Below, one piece after another: positions 28,965-40,038 of a stretch of 64,000 bases of DNA. The DNA comes from Sedimentisphaerales bacterium. Lineage in GTDB: Bacteria; Planctomycetota; Phycisphaerae; Sedimentisphaerales; SM23-30. A model generated the notes under the pieces. That model saw only the letters and a list, made by a program, of their open reading frames with translations, was not told the origin of the DNA and did no database searches. Within the stretch, counting starts at the first letter, position 1, and each line of letters starts with the position of its first letter. Made by a program: the position numbers and the translations under genes. The DNA lies in assembly GCA_963663805.2 (NCBI GenBank), contig CAXXMR010000007.1, positions 1-64,000 of the forward strand, in the 5' to 3' direction.

Positions 28965-31492
28965 ATGAAAACTGGTGATTTTAAGGAGATGTTTATCGGT
29001 TTATTTGTGGTTGCAATATTTATGTGTGCCGCGGCAATTGCTGAAAACAGTCTTTTACTCTATGATGTTGATTTCAGTTCTCCCCCCTCATACCGTTGGG
29101 CAGACGGTAGTCAGTGGAGATGGACCGGCCTCCACGTAAAAACCCCAAGTTGTATTCCTTTTGGCAGTCCCCCAGGTTGTTAGTTTCGTGTGGGGCATTG
29201 ACCGATCAGCCTTGCCGATTTTCCAACGGCCAATTAACATTTACCATAATGGGTTTTGATAGTACGGATATAGGCAAGGCTTTCGACTATTTTTTGATAG
29301 AGGCAGATATTCTTATCGATAATCTAAGCGAGTCGCTTACAATTTTATTTGATACTCCAACGGTAAAAAGTCTTGATTTTAAATCTGATGGCACAATGAG
29401 AACCTTTACCGGAACTAGCAGAAGTCTGGGGGATTATCCGCGTGGAACAGTTTTTTAACCTTACAATGGGCGTAGATCTTACTCTCGGCAAATGTTAATA
29501 TTTATATAAACGAAGTATATCGTGGTTCAATGAGTTGGTCCGGTGGTTATATTCGTTCATTCCGTATTAGCCAGTTGGATGAAGCCAGTGGTTTTTGTTG
29601 CTATTGATAATTTTAAGGTCTGGGGATTGTCTTCGTCGCCTATGCTGGTCTTAAGTGCTCCTGATGGCGGTGAAGCTCTTATTGCCGGAAAGGATTATGA
29701 GGTGTCATGGCATACTCTGGGGGCGGTAGAAAGTGTAATTATAGAATATTCAGTTGATGGGCGGTTTTTCCTGGATAGAGACCAGTCCTCCCAATGAATA
29801 TAATGACGACAAAATATATCTGGAATGTGCCTGACGTTGCATCAAATCTCTGTATGGTTAGGATACTCAGTTCATATGGGTGGTTATTCTGATATGAGCC
29901 GTGGTATGTTTTCTATATTGAGTTCTGAATATGATTCGAGATGTATGACGTTTGATCCGCCTGTAAATCCGGGAGGAGATGCTAATGTATATAATGGCTG
30001 GACAGAAATGGGGATGACAGTAATTCCTGATGATTACATGTATAGCAGTCAGGGAAAAACCGGTCGTCCCAGCAATGGCACGGGGAATCTGTTTTTTATT
30101 AGTTCCGGCGGGAGCCCGGAAATTCTGCCGGTAGAGGATAAGCTCTTCAGGTTAATTAGTGTTGATCTGGATGACTATAGTGATTATTTTTTCTAATGCA
30201 GTTGTGACCTTTCTGGGTTATCGCTATGACGGTTCTGTTGTCAGCCAGAATTTTCGGGTAGGGAGTGAAGTTTTTCAGACATTCTATTTTGACGAAGGCT
30301 TTGATGAGTTGTTATATGCTGAGAGTACTACAAGTAGTTTTAGTATGGATAACCTGGTTTTTCAATATATAGACGCGACTTCTGTTCAATTGATAGATTT
30401 AGAAATATCCGGCCCTGAGCAAGTATTTGAAGATGGTTCTGCTCAATTTACAGCGACGGCTGTTTATAGTGATGAGTCAACCGCAGATGTTAGTAATCTG
30501 GTTGATTGGCACTTGTCTTCTGATGAATATGCGACAATAGATATGAGCGGTTTAGTGGTTTGCGGTGGACTTGATTACGAGGGCGTTTTTGGAGTTTCTG
30601 CCAGTTATACTGAGGATGATATTATAGTAACAGATAATATGGAAGTAGCATATTTTCCGCTGTTATGGACATATCATGTAAATTCGCTCGTGGGCAGTAA
30701 CGCAAATGATGGATTGTCTGCTGAAAGTGCTTTCGCTACTATTCAATGTGCTATTGATAGTTCAGAGGATGGTGACATCATACTTGTTTGGCCGGGTATT
30801 TATACTGAAAACATCATTTATGATGGCAAGGCGGTTATGATTCAAGGTACAGGCGGTTTGCCGGTAATTGATGGTGGTGGTTATTGGGCAGTATCTTTTT
30901 TCAATAATGAAGGTCAAGACAGCGTACTTAGAAATGTGTTGGTTACCAATAGTTATATGGGGATTTTTATATCGGGAAGTTCGCCGACGATATCTAACGT
31001 GAATGTTTTAAATAATATGTTCGGTATAGAGGCATATAGTGGTTCTGAACCCAAAATAGCCAACTGCATTCTTTGGGATAATAGTGACGGTGATATTTAT
31101 GGCAGTGAAATACGTTACTGTTGTGTTGAGCGAGCCAGCGAAGCTGTTGGTGAAGGCAATATTAGTGAACAGCCTATGTTTGTCAATGCATCAGAAGGCG
31201 ATTACCATTTGCGTTCTAAATTTGGTAGATATATGCCTGAGATAGATATGTGGGTGATAGATGAAGTGACCAGTCCGTGTGTGAATGCGGGGGATCCGGA
31301 GATAAAATCCTTCAGAGGAAACAATGCCCTAATGGGGGGCGAATCAATATTGGTGCGTTTGGTGGGACGGTGGATGCGAGCCGAGGAGCGTGGGTGCTTG
31401 AAGGAGATATTAACCAAGATGGTTTTGTTAATTTGCTCGATTTTGCCATAATGACACAGAACTGGCTAATGTCTTTACCTTGGGTTGAATAG
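28965..31492 (+). pseudogene. Multiply frameshifted secreted protein (signal peptide, Ig-like domain, right-handed beta-helix, dockerin-like tail)
   Basis: Six consecutive + strand ORF fragments read as one protein: AFATIQCAID..GDIILVWPGIY.E, DYHL....SPC, GGRINIGAFGG, GDINQDGFVNLLDFAIMTQNWL; breaks fall at or near homopolymers. Confidence 0.8.
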
Positions 31493-31565
31493 CATTTCAG
31501 AGATAGACTTATTAGGTAGACAATGGTGCTTGTGAATGAATAGGCCTTAGGCTTGTTCCGCGTTT

Positions 31566-33348
31566 TTATTCGTAGAGCTTTTCGTGCCATTGCCTGAGCT
31601 GCTCTACCGGGATCTTGATGATCTTGCGGTCGTAGGTCATCAGGCCGTTTACTTCGGTTTCTACGTCGCTGGTTTGTGTGTAAACTGCGGCGGCGAGGCC
31701 CCTGCTTTTTCAGTTCGGGCAGTTTCGCCATGAGTTCCTGATATTTCGCCGCCAGCTCTTCTTCGCTGTTGTAAGTGCGGTAGCCCCAGTTTTTGTCAGA
31801 CTGAATCCAGGTGTGTCCCTCGACCGGCAAGCCCAGTCCGCCGAATTCGCCCAGCACACTCACGCGGTTTTCCTCGGTTGGGAACATCGCCGGGCCGGGA
31901 TAAGAATGTTTGTCGATAATATCACCGACTTTCTGATCGTGCCAGCCGCTGGCGTTATTGACCAGCCGACTGGGGTCGTAAGATTTGATCCACTCGGTAA
32001 TGCGGGCGGTATCGAATTGCCCCCACGCTTCGTTGAACGGCACCCACATAACGATCGAAGGGTGATTATGAAGGTGGTCCAGCATACGCTTCAGCTCACG
32101 TTCATACTGACGGGCGGACTCGGGTTTGCGGGTCAGGTCGCCTTCTTTGCGGCCGAATTCGGCGCTGGGCATATCCTGCCAGATTAGCAGCCCGTTTTTA
32201 TCGCACCAGTAATACAGCATCTGCGGCTCGATCTTGATATGTTTACGCAGCATATTGAAACCCATCTTCTTGAGGATTTCCAGATCATACACGAGTGCTT
32301 CATAAGTCGGCGGCGTCAGCGTCCCCGCGGGCCAGTAACCCTGGTCCAGCGGCCCGTACTGAAACAGCGGCTTATTGTTCAGCATCAGCCGATTGAAACC
32401 ATCGGTATCCTTGGCGAACGATATTTTGCGCATGCCGACATAACTCTGTACCGAATCGAGAGCCTTGCCGCTATTGTCGATAACCGAGGCATCAAGGTCG
32501 TAGAGAAAAGGCGAATCCGGCGACCAGAGTTTCGCGTTGGGGATTTCCATGGTCGCGGTTTCCTTAAGTCCGCTCATCGCCGATGCGATAACTTCGCCGT
32601 CGCACTTTATCTCATATTTAACCTTATAAGACCGAGCCGGGCCGAGCACTGAAGGTTTGATAGCTACCGTACCGCTATCGACATCAGGGGTGATGCGCAG
32701 ATTCTCGATATAAGTTTGCGGCACTCTCTCCAGCCAGACCGTCTGCCATATCCCGGTAGTGGCGGTATAATAAATGCCTTTGGGCTTGAGAACCTGTTTA
32801 CCCCGCTGCTGATTTCCTTTATCGGTTGGGTCCCAGACCGACAGGATGATTTCGTTTTCGCCCGCGACCGCCACTGAGCTTATATCAAAGGTGAAAGGGT
32901 CATAACCGCCGCGATGACAGCCCAGATATTTACCGTTAAGCCAGATGTCAGCTTCATAATCTACCGCGTCGAAATGCAGCAGCCAGCGTTTAGCGTCTGA
33001 CTGGTCGTCCAGAGTAAATGTCCGATGATACCATACCGTCTGATCTTCGCTGATGGCTTTGCCGACGCCCGACAGTGAAGATTCAACGCAGAACGGCACC
33101 AGAATCTGACCATCGAAATTCTCCGGCCGCGAATCGGTCCGCTTGGTAATCGCGTAATCCCACAGCCCGTTCAGGTTTTGCCACTTGCAGTCACGCTTGA
33201 GAGCGGGCCGCGGATATTCCGGCAGGGCGTTATCCGGCGAAACCTGCTTCGACCACTCCGTAGCGATCGACACCGGGGCCGGTGAATAAGAAAGAGCGAC
33301 AGAAGGAATAAGCAGCGAAACCAACAAAGCGATTCTGATAATGGTCAT
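31566..33348 (-). CDS. GH2 beta-galactosidase/glucuronidase-like glycoside hydrolase, with one frameshift near 31700
   Basis: PEYPRP, WQNLNGLW, GIWQTVWLE, LDQGYWP, WVPFNEAWGQ and GEFGG motifs; removing one G restores GLAAAVYTQTSDVETEVNGLMTYDRK and a stop at 31566. Confidence 0.88.
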
Positions 33349-33370
33349 TTGTAATTCTCCTGATTTATGT

Positions 33371-34858
33371 CTATGCTAACTTGAATGACAAGGCGGCAAC
33401 CGCCAGGGGCGGCAGTTTGATAATTGCCTTGCCCGCCTCAATTTTTACTTCCTCGAAATTCTCCGACTTGAGCACATCCGGTTTCTCCCAGGTATTGGCG
33501 GCCTTGGGGTCATCGCCGCAGATGATCTCGCCATCTGCCAGAGATTTAATCTCACGGTCGTTCAGATTGACAATAACCTCGGCCGATTTATCCAGTTCGC
33601 GATTGCTCAGGAAAACATTAAGCGTCTGGCCGTTCAGGATAGCGGAGCTATCAATATAATTAGTAGAGCCGTTCTTGCAGGTCTCAAACGTCGGTCCTTC
33701 CATAACCGTTCGCAGCGAAATACCTTCGCGACGTTTACTGAACATCTCGAAGGCATAGAAAACCGACTGGACCAGCAGCTCATCACCACGCGTCAGCAAC
33801 GGCGCGATAATATTGACTATCTGAGCGATATTGGCGATCTTAACGCAATCGGCATGACGAATAAAACTGTTCAGGAAGTTCGCCACCACCAGAGCATCCT
33901 CCAGATTATACACTTCCTCGATAAGGTGCGGCGCGTGTTTGCCCTTACCATCCATATTCAAATCCTTGTACCACACGTTCCATTCGTCGAAGCAAAGGTA
34001 AGCTCTTTTCTTACTGCGGTTTTTCGCCTGCACAAAACGGCATGCCGCGTCCATCTCCTCGATTTGCTTATCGATAATATTACAGCTGGCCAGGAAATTT
34101 GGCGTATCATCGATTTTGTTATCCAGATACCGATGCAGACTGATATAATCCGCGTATTCCCCCACATATTCCAGCACCTTGCGGTCCCATTCCATATAAG
34201 TCGGCAAGTCTGTCCCGCATGTCCCGCAAAGGACCAGCTCGATAGATTTATCCGCATCCTTCATCATCTTCGCCGCCTGCTGAGCCCGGATAGCGTACTG
34301 CTCCGCCGGGACATGCCCCAACTGCCACGGCCCATCCATCTCATTACCCAGACACCACAACTTTACATCGTGCGGATTCTCGCTGCCGTTCGCCGCACGC
34401 ATATCGGCATATTTCGTACCCGCCGGGCAATTGCAATATTCCACCCAGTTGCGCGCCTCCTCCGGCGTTCCCGTCCCCAGATTAACCGTCAGCATCGGCG
34501 TCCAGTCCATCTTGCGGCACATGGCGATATACTCATCCGTCCCAAACTGATTAGTCTCGATAGACTGCCAGGCCAGCTCCCGCACCGTAGGCCGTTTATC
34601 TTTGGGCCCCACACCATCCTGCCAGTGATAGCCCGACGCGAAATTGCCGCCCGGATAACGCATCGCCGTCATCTTCAATTTTTCCAGCGCCGCCAGAACA
34701 TCACCGCGAAACCCCTCCGCATCCGCGTGCGGCGATTTCGGCTCATAAACCCCCTCATACACACACCGGCCCATATGCTCCATGAACCCGCCTAAGATAC
34801 GCTCGTCAACCCTGCCCACCTGAAACCGGGTATCCAGATAAATATTTGTTTGCCGCAT
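33371..34858 (-). CDS. abfA: GH51 alpha-L-arabinofuranosidase
   Basis: GFMEHMGR, RYPGGNF, WCLGNEMDGPWQLG and FDEWNVW motifs. Confidence 0.93.
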   Translation of the reverse strand: MRQTNIYLDTRFQVGRVDERILGGFMEHMGRCVYEGVYEPKSPHADAEGFRGDVLAALEKLKMTAMRYPGGNFASGYHWQDGVGPKDKRPTVRELAWQSIETNQFGTDEYIAMCRKMDWTPMLTVNLGTGTPEEARNWVEYCNCPAGTKYADMRAANGSENPHDVKLWCLGNEMDGPWQLGHVPAEQYAIRAQQAAKMMKDADKSIELVLCGTCGTDLPTYMEWDRKVLEYVGEYADYISLHRYLDNKIDDTPNFLASCNIIDKQIEEMDAACRFVQAKNRSKKRAYLCFDEWNVWYKDLNMDGKGKHAPHLIEEVYNLEDALVVANFLNSFIRHADCVKIANIAQIVNIIAPLLTRGDELLVQSVFYAFEMFSKRREGISLRTVMEGPTFETCKNGSTNYIDSSAILNGQTLNVFLSNRELDKSAEVIVNLNDREIKSLADGEIICGDDPKAANTWEKPDVLKSENFEEVKIEAGKAIIKLPPLAVAALSFKLA

Positions 34859-34954
34859 TGCGATAGCCGTCCTTTTTGATAATTAATATAGCTTTGTAAA
34901 AATATTTTATTCTGTCAACTAAAATGTTATAATAGCATTATATGCTTATTTGAG

Positions 34955-35854
34955 ATGAATTTAATGGCTAAAACTTTCAAAAACATTTGTGAAACTTTTA
35001 TTATCGGCCCGGACTGTCAGGAGCGTTTCCTGCCGGTCTCCTCCGAGGTTTATGCTTATTTAGCCCAGCGCGGCATATCATTGTCAGGCCTGAGCATCTT
35101 GTCAGGCCAATATGAAATAGGCCGGATTCGCCCGGCCTTCCACCATCTGCTATATTGCATCCGTGGCAGCGGCTGGGTGGTACTGCCCGACCGGGAAACA
35201 ACCTTAAACCCCGGCGAGATATACATCGCGCCCGCCGGCATCGCCAGTGCCTACGGCATCAAAAGTAAACGCTGGGAGATAGCCTGGCTCATGCTGCTCG
35301 ATATTGAACAATGGTCCATGGTCTATCAGATAGGCCCCGGCGTGCGTCGTTCGACCTGGTCGCTGCCGGTGCGGAATATTATGGAAGGCATACTCACCGA
35401 AACCGCCCACCCCGGAAAATTTACCGGCCCGGCCTTGCAGAATTACTATGATTTACTGCTGATGCATCTGCGGCGTGAGCTGGACGTCCAGGCCGGTCAG
35501 ATGGAATTTGGCATCGCCGAAAAACTCCAGCTTCTTCAGGAAAAGGTACGGGCCCGGATACACTATCCCTGGACCGTCGCCGAGCTTCTGGAGCAGTCCG
35601 AACTTTATGTCAGCGAAAATCATTTTCATCGCCTCTGCCTGGAGCATTGGCAAAGTCCGCCTCTCAAGAAAGTAACCGCCATACGCATGGAGCGGGCCCG
35701 CGAACTGCTGCTCAACACCGACTACAGCGTTCACCTCATCGGCGAGCTGGTAGGCTATCAAAACGCTTTTGCCTTTTCCACAGCCTTCAATCGCTGGAGC
35801 GGCAGCTCACCCCGGCAATGCCGCAATGCCGGCAAAACCTGGCACGAACTGTAA
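34955..35854 (+). CDS. AraC family regulator, divergent from the GH51/GH2 genes
   Basis: Cupin N-terminus; RMERARELL...IGELVGY...FSTAF...G.SP helix-turn-helix. Confidence 0.92.
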   Translation: MNLMAKTFKNICETFIIGPDCQERFLPVSSEVYAYLAQRGISLSGLSILSGQYEIGRIRPAFHHLLYCIRGSGWVVLPDRETTLNPGEIYIAPAGIASAYGIKSKRWEIAWLMLLDIEQWSMVYQIGPGVRRSTWSLPVRNIMEGILTETAHPGKFTGPALQNYYDLLLMHLRRELDVQAGQMEFGIAEKLQLLQEKVRARIHYPWTVAELLEQSELYVSENHFHRLCLEHWQSPPLKKVTAIRMERARELLLNTDYSVHLIGELVGYQNAFAFSTAFNRWSGSSPRQCRNAGKTWHEL

Positions 35855-36146
35855 AGCTTTGTATTTTCTATGCTTAGGCTATATTGGGACGGCTGCTGAG
35901 TTCTTAATAGGCCGATGCTACATTTTTGCCGCTTTTTTTTGAAAAACCTCTTGTAATTCCCAGAAAAAGCAGTAAATTGGTAGAATGTTAATGGTTCTGT
36001 ATTGTGATTCAAGTCAATAGAGTTCCGTATTGGTGGGGCCTGTCGTAATAAAGCCCGGTCGTATGTATAGCAGTTAATCGCCCGGATCGATCTGTAATTT
36101 TGAGCGTGTTTTTCATTTGGCAGATTTTCGTTATTTGGGATGAATT

Positions 36147-37697
36147 ATGGTAGTCATGCCGGGAAGTGAATTAGCCTTGCTGGAACGCGGCCAGCGGGTG
36201 GTGCGATGGTCCTTTCTGCTGGTATTTCTGGTCTTGACTTTTCTTATGCTCGGCTCGTTAATCTGGGATATTTGGTATTATCATACCGGCACCCACAGAA
36301 TTGCCGCCACTCAGGCCCGCGCCTATTTTCTCAAGGACCAGGCCATCAGGCATTGGGTGACTTTTCAGGGTGGCATTTATGTCCCGGTGACTACTCATAC
36401 TCCGCCCAGCCCCTATCTGGAGCATGTCCCCCAACGTGATATTACCGATGATTCCGGCCGGAAACTAACCATGATGAACCCCGCCTATGTGGTTCGTCAA
36501 ATAAACGAAAAGTTTGCTTTTATGTACGGTATTGGGGGACATATAACCAGCCTCAAACCCCTGCGGCCGGAAAATGCCCCCGACGAATGGGAGACTCAGG
36601 CCCTGAAACAATTCGAAGCGGGCCAGAAAGAGGTCGTTCAGGAAGTTGAGATGGGAGGCGAAAAATATCTGCGCTTAATGCAGCCGATGATAACAATGCC
36701 GGGATGTCTGAAATGCCACGCTCACCAGGGCTACAAAGAAGGTGATATTCGCGGCGGGGTCTCGATTGCGATACCTTTGGATGCATTGTATGAGACATCC
36801 CATAGTCATTGTTGGATTTTGGCGGCGAGCCACCTGGTTTTATGGCTGCTGGTGGGGACGGGCATCTGGTATACCAGAGGAGTCGTTCTGGGCGAAATGA
36901 ATAAACGTAAAGGGATAATGACCGAACGCGAAAGATTATTACGCGAGCTTTCCAGCAAGACTGAGCATATGCGGAGCATAATCTACACCAGTTCCCATGA
37001 CCTGCGTTCGCCCATGATTAACATAAAAGGTTTTACCGAAGACCTCAAACATAATTGCGATAAGCTCAAGAAAATGATCGACAGTCAGTGTGATAAGCAA
37101 TGTCAGAAGATGGGCGAGGTGATTGAGCAGGATCTTGAAGAAGACATTGATTATATCGATAAGAGTATCACTAAGATGGACCAGCTGCTAAGCGGTCTGG
37201 TCCAGATTTCACGCATGGGTACGATGGATCTGCAATTGCAGGATATAGACATGAACGTTCTGTTTGGTCGTTTACTGCCGACACTGGAACATCGTGTTCG
37301 TGAATATAACGCCGAGATAGATATTGAAGATTTGCCTCCCTGCCGGGGCGATGAACGACTGGTTAATCAGGTCTTCAGTAACCTTCTCGATAACGCTCTT
37401 AAATATCGCGACCCCTCACGGCGACCGGAGATTTGTATCTCGGGTAGAGTCGCCGGTGACAGCGCGATTTATGTTTGTTCGGATAATGGCATGGGCATAA
37501 AAGAGGAATTCGCCGAGCAGGTTTTCGAACTGTTTCATCAGCTCGACCCCAGCCATAAAGCTGGCGGTTCCGGATTGGGCCTGACCATCGTAAAACAAAT
37601 TCTTGGTCGGTTGGGCGGCAATATCTACCTCGACACCAGTAGTTCGATAGGGGCCACATTTTACGTCTATCTGCCCGCGGTGGATGAACGGCGTTAA
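36147..37697 (+). CDS. Sensor histidine kinase with periplasmic c-type heme domain (DUF3365-like)
   Basis: Two TM segments; ITSLKPLRPENAPDEWE and CLKCH; H-box SHDLRSP; NLLDNALKY, DNGMG and GSGLGL motifs. Confidence 0.9.
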   Translation: MVVMPGSELALLERGQRVVRWSFLLVFLVLTFLMLGSLIWDIWYYHTGTHRIAATQARAYFLKDQAIRHWVTFQGGIYVPVTTHTPPSPYLEHVPQRDITDDSGRKLTMMNPAYVVRQINEKFAFMYGIGGHITSLKPLRPENAPDEWETQALKQFEAGQKEVVQEVEMGGEKYLRLMQPMITMPGCLKCHAHQGYKEGDIRGGVSIAIPLDALYETSHSHCWILAASHLVLWLLVGTGIWYTRGVVLGEMNKRKGIMTERERLLRELSSKTEHMRSIIYTSSHDLRSPMINIKGFTEDLKHNCDKLKKMIDSQCDKQCQKMGEVIEQDLEEDIDYIDKSITKMDQLLSGLVQISRMGTMDLQLQDIDMNVLFGRLLPTLEHRVREYNAEIDIEDLPPCRGDERLVNQVFSNLLDNALKYRDPSRRPEICISGRVAGDSAIYVCSDNGMGIKEEFAEQVFELFHQLDPSHKAGGSGLGLTIVKQILGRLGGNIYLDTSSSIGATFYVYLPAVDERR

Positions 37698-37822
37698 GTA
37701 TTTTGAAAAATCTTGAGGGTTTTTGGAGTAATTTGAATTTTCGCACTCGCTTTATCTGTAGATTACTTTCTTATATTTTTTTACCCGCAGATTTTTTTGG
37801 AGACGTAAGACGTAAGGCAGAA

Positions 37823-37982
37823 GGGTGTGTTGCCCAAATATTCAATATATATCGTTGACGGCGAAGACCAGGGCCTTGCTTTGCAAGAAGGTGTTACTCA
37901 GAGGGCGTTTTTACGTAAATAAAGGTTTTGGTGTTCGATCCGGCTGCTTACGCAGCTCGGTTTCTGTTTGGGCAACACGCCC
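37823..37982. other. 160-bp intergenic element closed by 16-bp inverted repeats, with internal hairpins
   Basis: gggtgtgttgcccaaa (37823) and tttgggcaacacgccc (37967), one mismatch; internal gctgc-ttac-gcagc and cttgc-ttt-gcaag. Confidence 0.5.
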
Positions 37983-38439
37983 AAGAGTGGACGGTAAGAT
38001 TGATTTGATGGGAACCATTTCTACTTGCTTTTCTGTCAATATGGTGAATTTGGGTGGTTTGGGGACATTAGCTTGGCTTTTTGCAAAAGTTTAGTTTTGA
38101 ATTAGAGTTATTTATTAATGGCAAACGAAACGGTTTAGGTGCTTCGATGATTTTTGTTTGACCGGCTTCGGTCAGTGCGTTATAAGGTCGTTTATAGTAA
38201 AAGGATAAAGTCTGCTTCGGCGAATTGTTTTGATTGGGCCGGAAGCCGGTATTTTTAATAACCCAGGAGATAAATCACATGCAGTGGTATCATATCTGTA
38301 TTGGCTTGGGATTGGTCGGCACGATCGTATTCTATGTTATGTACAAGCGCAGCCAGTAAAATTCATTCCCTTGCGGCCTGTCGTATTGATTGCTCACCCC
38401 GAATGGTGCGGGTGGTTCTTTGCAGGTATGATTGCGGTA

Positions 38440-39108
38440 TCACTGGTCAATCAGTTCGGTTTCGTGGTCGAATTCTCTGAGGGGGCAGTTTTCGCAGCGG
38501 GGTTTAGGTCGGCAGAATTCTTTGCCCAGCCGGACTATCAAGGCGTGGTATTCTTTGTATAAGTCTATGTCTTGAGGGAGGTTCCATTCAAAGAAGTCCT
38601 TGATTTCCTCGTAACCCATTTCCTGGTCCAGGCAGCCGTGCCGCGAGAAAATCCGGCAGGTATAAGCGTCTATCACAAAAGTAGGCTTTTCAAAAGCGTA
38701 TAAAACAATCGAATCGGCGGTTTCGAATCCTATCCCGTTAATTGCCAAAAGCTCCTCGCGGAGACGCTGGACAGAGAGGTTTTCGATATTTTGGGCCGTC
38801 CCCTGGTATTCCTGACAGAACCATTTCACCAGGTTTTTCAGTCGTTTGGTTTTAACGTTATAATACCCCGCTGGTCGAATAAGCTCGGCTAACTGGGCGG
38901 GAGGCATCTGGTCTATAATCTCCGGTTCGAGAGCCTGGGCTTTTTTCAGGTTGGTAATGGCTTTTTCGACGTTGGTCCAGTTGGTATTCTGGGTCAGGAC
39001 TGCCCCGACCATAATCTCAAATGGTGTATCGCCAGGCCACCAGCCCTGTGGTCCGAAATGCTCCAGCAGAGTTTGATAAAACGTGGTCAGTTTTTCGCTT
39101 GAATCCAT
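38440..39108 (-). CDS. Endonuclease III-related HhH-GPD DNA glycosylase
   Basis: WWPGDTPFEIMVGAVLTQNT, LLAINGIGFETAD and C..KPRCENCP motifs. Confidence 0.92.
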   Translation of the reverse strand: MDSSEKLTTFYQTLLEHFGPQGWWPGDTPFEIMVGAVLTQNTNWTNVEKAITNLKKAQALEPEIIDQMPPAQLAELIRPAGYYNVKTKRLKNLVKWFCQEYQGTAQNIENLSVQRLREELLAINGIGFETADSIVLYAFEKPTFVIDAYTCRIFSRHGCLDQEMGYEEIKDFFEWNLPQDIDLYKEYHALIVRLGKEFCRPKPRCENCPLREFDHETELIDQ

Positions 39109-39204
39109 ACTTGCCTTCCTGAGTTGCTTTTTTGGTCTGAATATGATAGCCTTTGGCCCTTACGAACGCAACCGGATTGGTTTTTGAGCTTTAGGCAGGG
39201 ATGT

Positions 39205-40026
39205 ATGGCCAAAACAACCGCCCAGGATGATGCCCCAAAGGTATTTAAACAGCTTAATTACGGGACCGGCTCTTACCTCGAGAGTACGAGCCGCCCTCTT
39301 TACGCGCTGCTTTTTCTGCTGCCGCTGATAGCTGTATATGAAGTTGGCACGTTGCTGGTTAATACCGACCAGATTGCCCACACTCAGTCTCGTGTGGCTG
39401 CCTTTACATGGCTGATGGGGCTGGCGGAATGGATTGGCATTAAACGACAATTGACCTTTGCCTTCCCCGGTTTTGTGGTCTTTGTCATTTTGCTTTGCTG
39501 GCATATCGCTACGGGTCAATCGTGGAAAGTGAAAATTTCCCGGCTGCTCTGGATGTGGCTGGAGTGTTTGATACTGACAGTGCCTCTTTTTGCCCTGGGC
39601 GCGATTATGAACAGCTCGAAGGATTTCGCCTCGGCTTTTCAGCCGGCTGCCGCGGGCGCTATGGTTTCCAGCGAATACGGAGCTAAGCTGGTTACCAGTA
39701 TCGGTGCCGGCATATACGAAGAACTGGTCTTTCGCCTGATTCTGATGGGGTTGGTGGTTATGCTCTTTGAGGACGTATTGAAATCCAAGGGGCATATTGC
39801 TGCTATTTTTGCCGTGAGCATTTCTTCGCTGCTGTTTTCTACCCATCATTATTACGGTGTTGCCGACGGACATATTCAGCGTCTGGCCTCCGAGCCTTTC
39901 ACGCTGGGCGGATTTGTTTTCCGAGCCATCGCGGGAGTATATTTTGCGGTTCTTTTCCGTCTCAGAGGCTATGGCATCACTGCCGGCACCCATGCCGCGT
40001 ACAATATTGTTCTATTCAGCTTTTAA
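39205..40026 (+). CDS. CPBP (CAAX/Rce1-like) intramembrane glutamic protease
   Basis: AGIYEELVFR, FSTHH and THAAYN motifs; multiple TM segments. Confidence 0.88.
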   Translation: MAKTTAQDDAPKVFKQLNYGTGSYLESTSRPLYALLFLLPLIAVYEVGTLLVNTDQIAHTQSRVAAFTWLMGLAEWIGIKRQLTFAFPGFVVFVILLCWHIATGQSWKVKISRLLWMWLECLILTVPLFALGAIMNSSKDFASAFQPAAAGAMVSSEYGAKLVTSIGAGIYEELVFRLILMGLVVMLFEDVLKSKGHIAAIFAVSISSLLFSTHHYYGVADGHIQRLASEPFTLGGFVFRAIAGVYFAVLFRLRGYGITAGTHAAYNIVLFSF

Positions 40027-40038
40027 CCATCAGCACAC

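Noticed and set aside
31312..31565. Real overlap between GH2 and the convergent secreted gene
   Set aside because: It is explained by the single frameshift near 31700.
33854..34795. 313-aa + strand ORF
   Set aside because: Antisense shadow of the GH51 gene.
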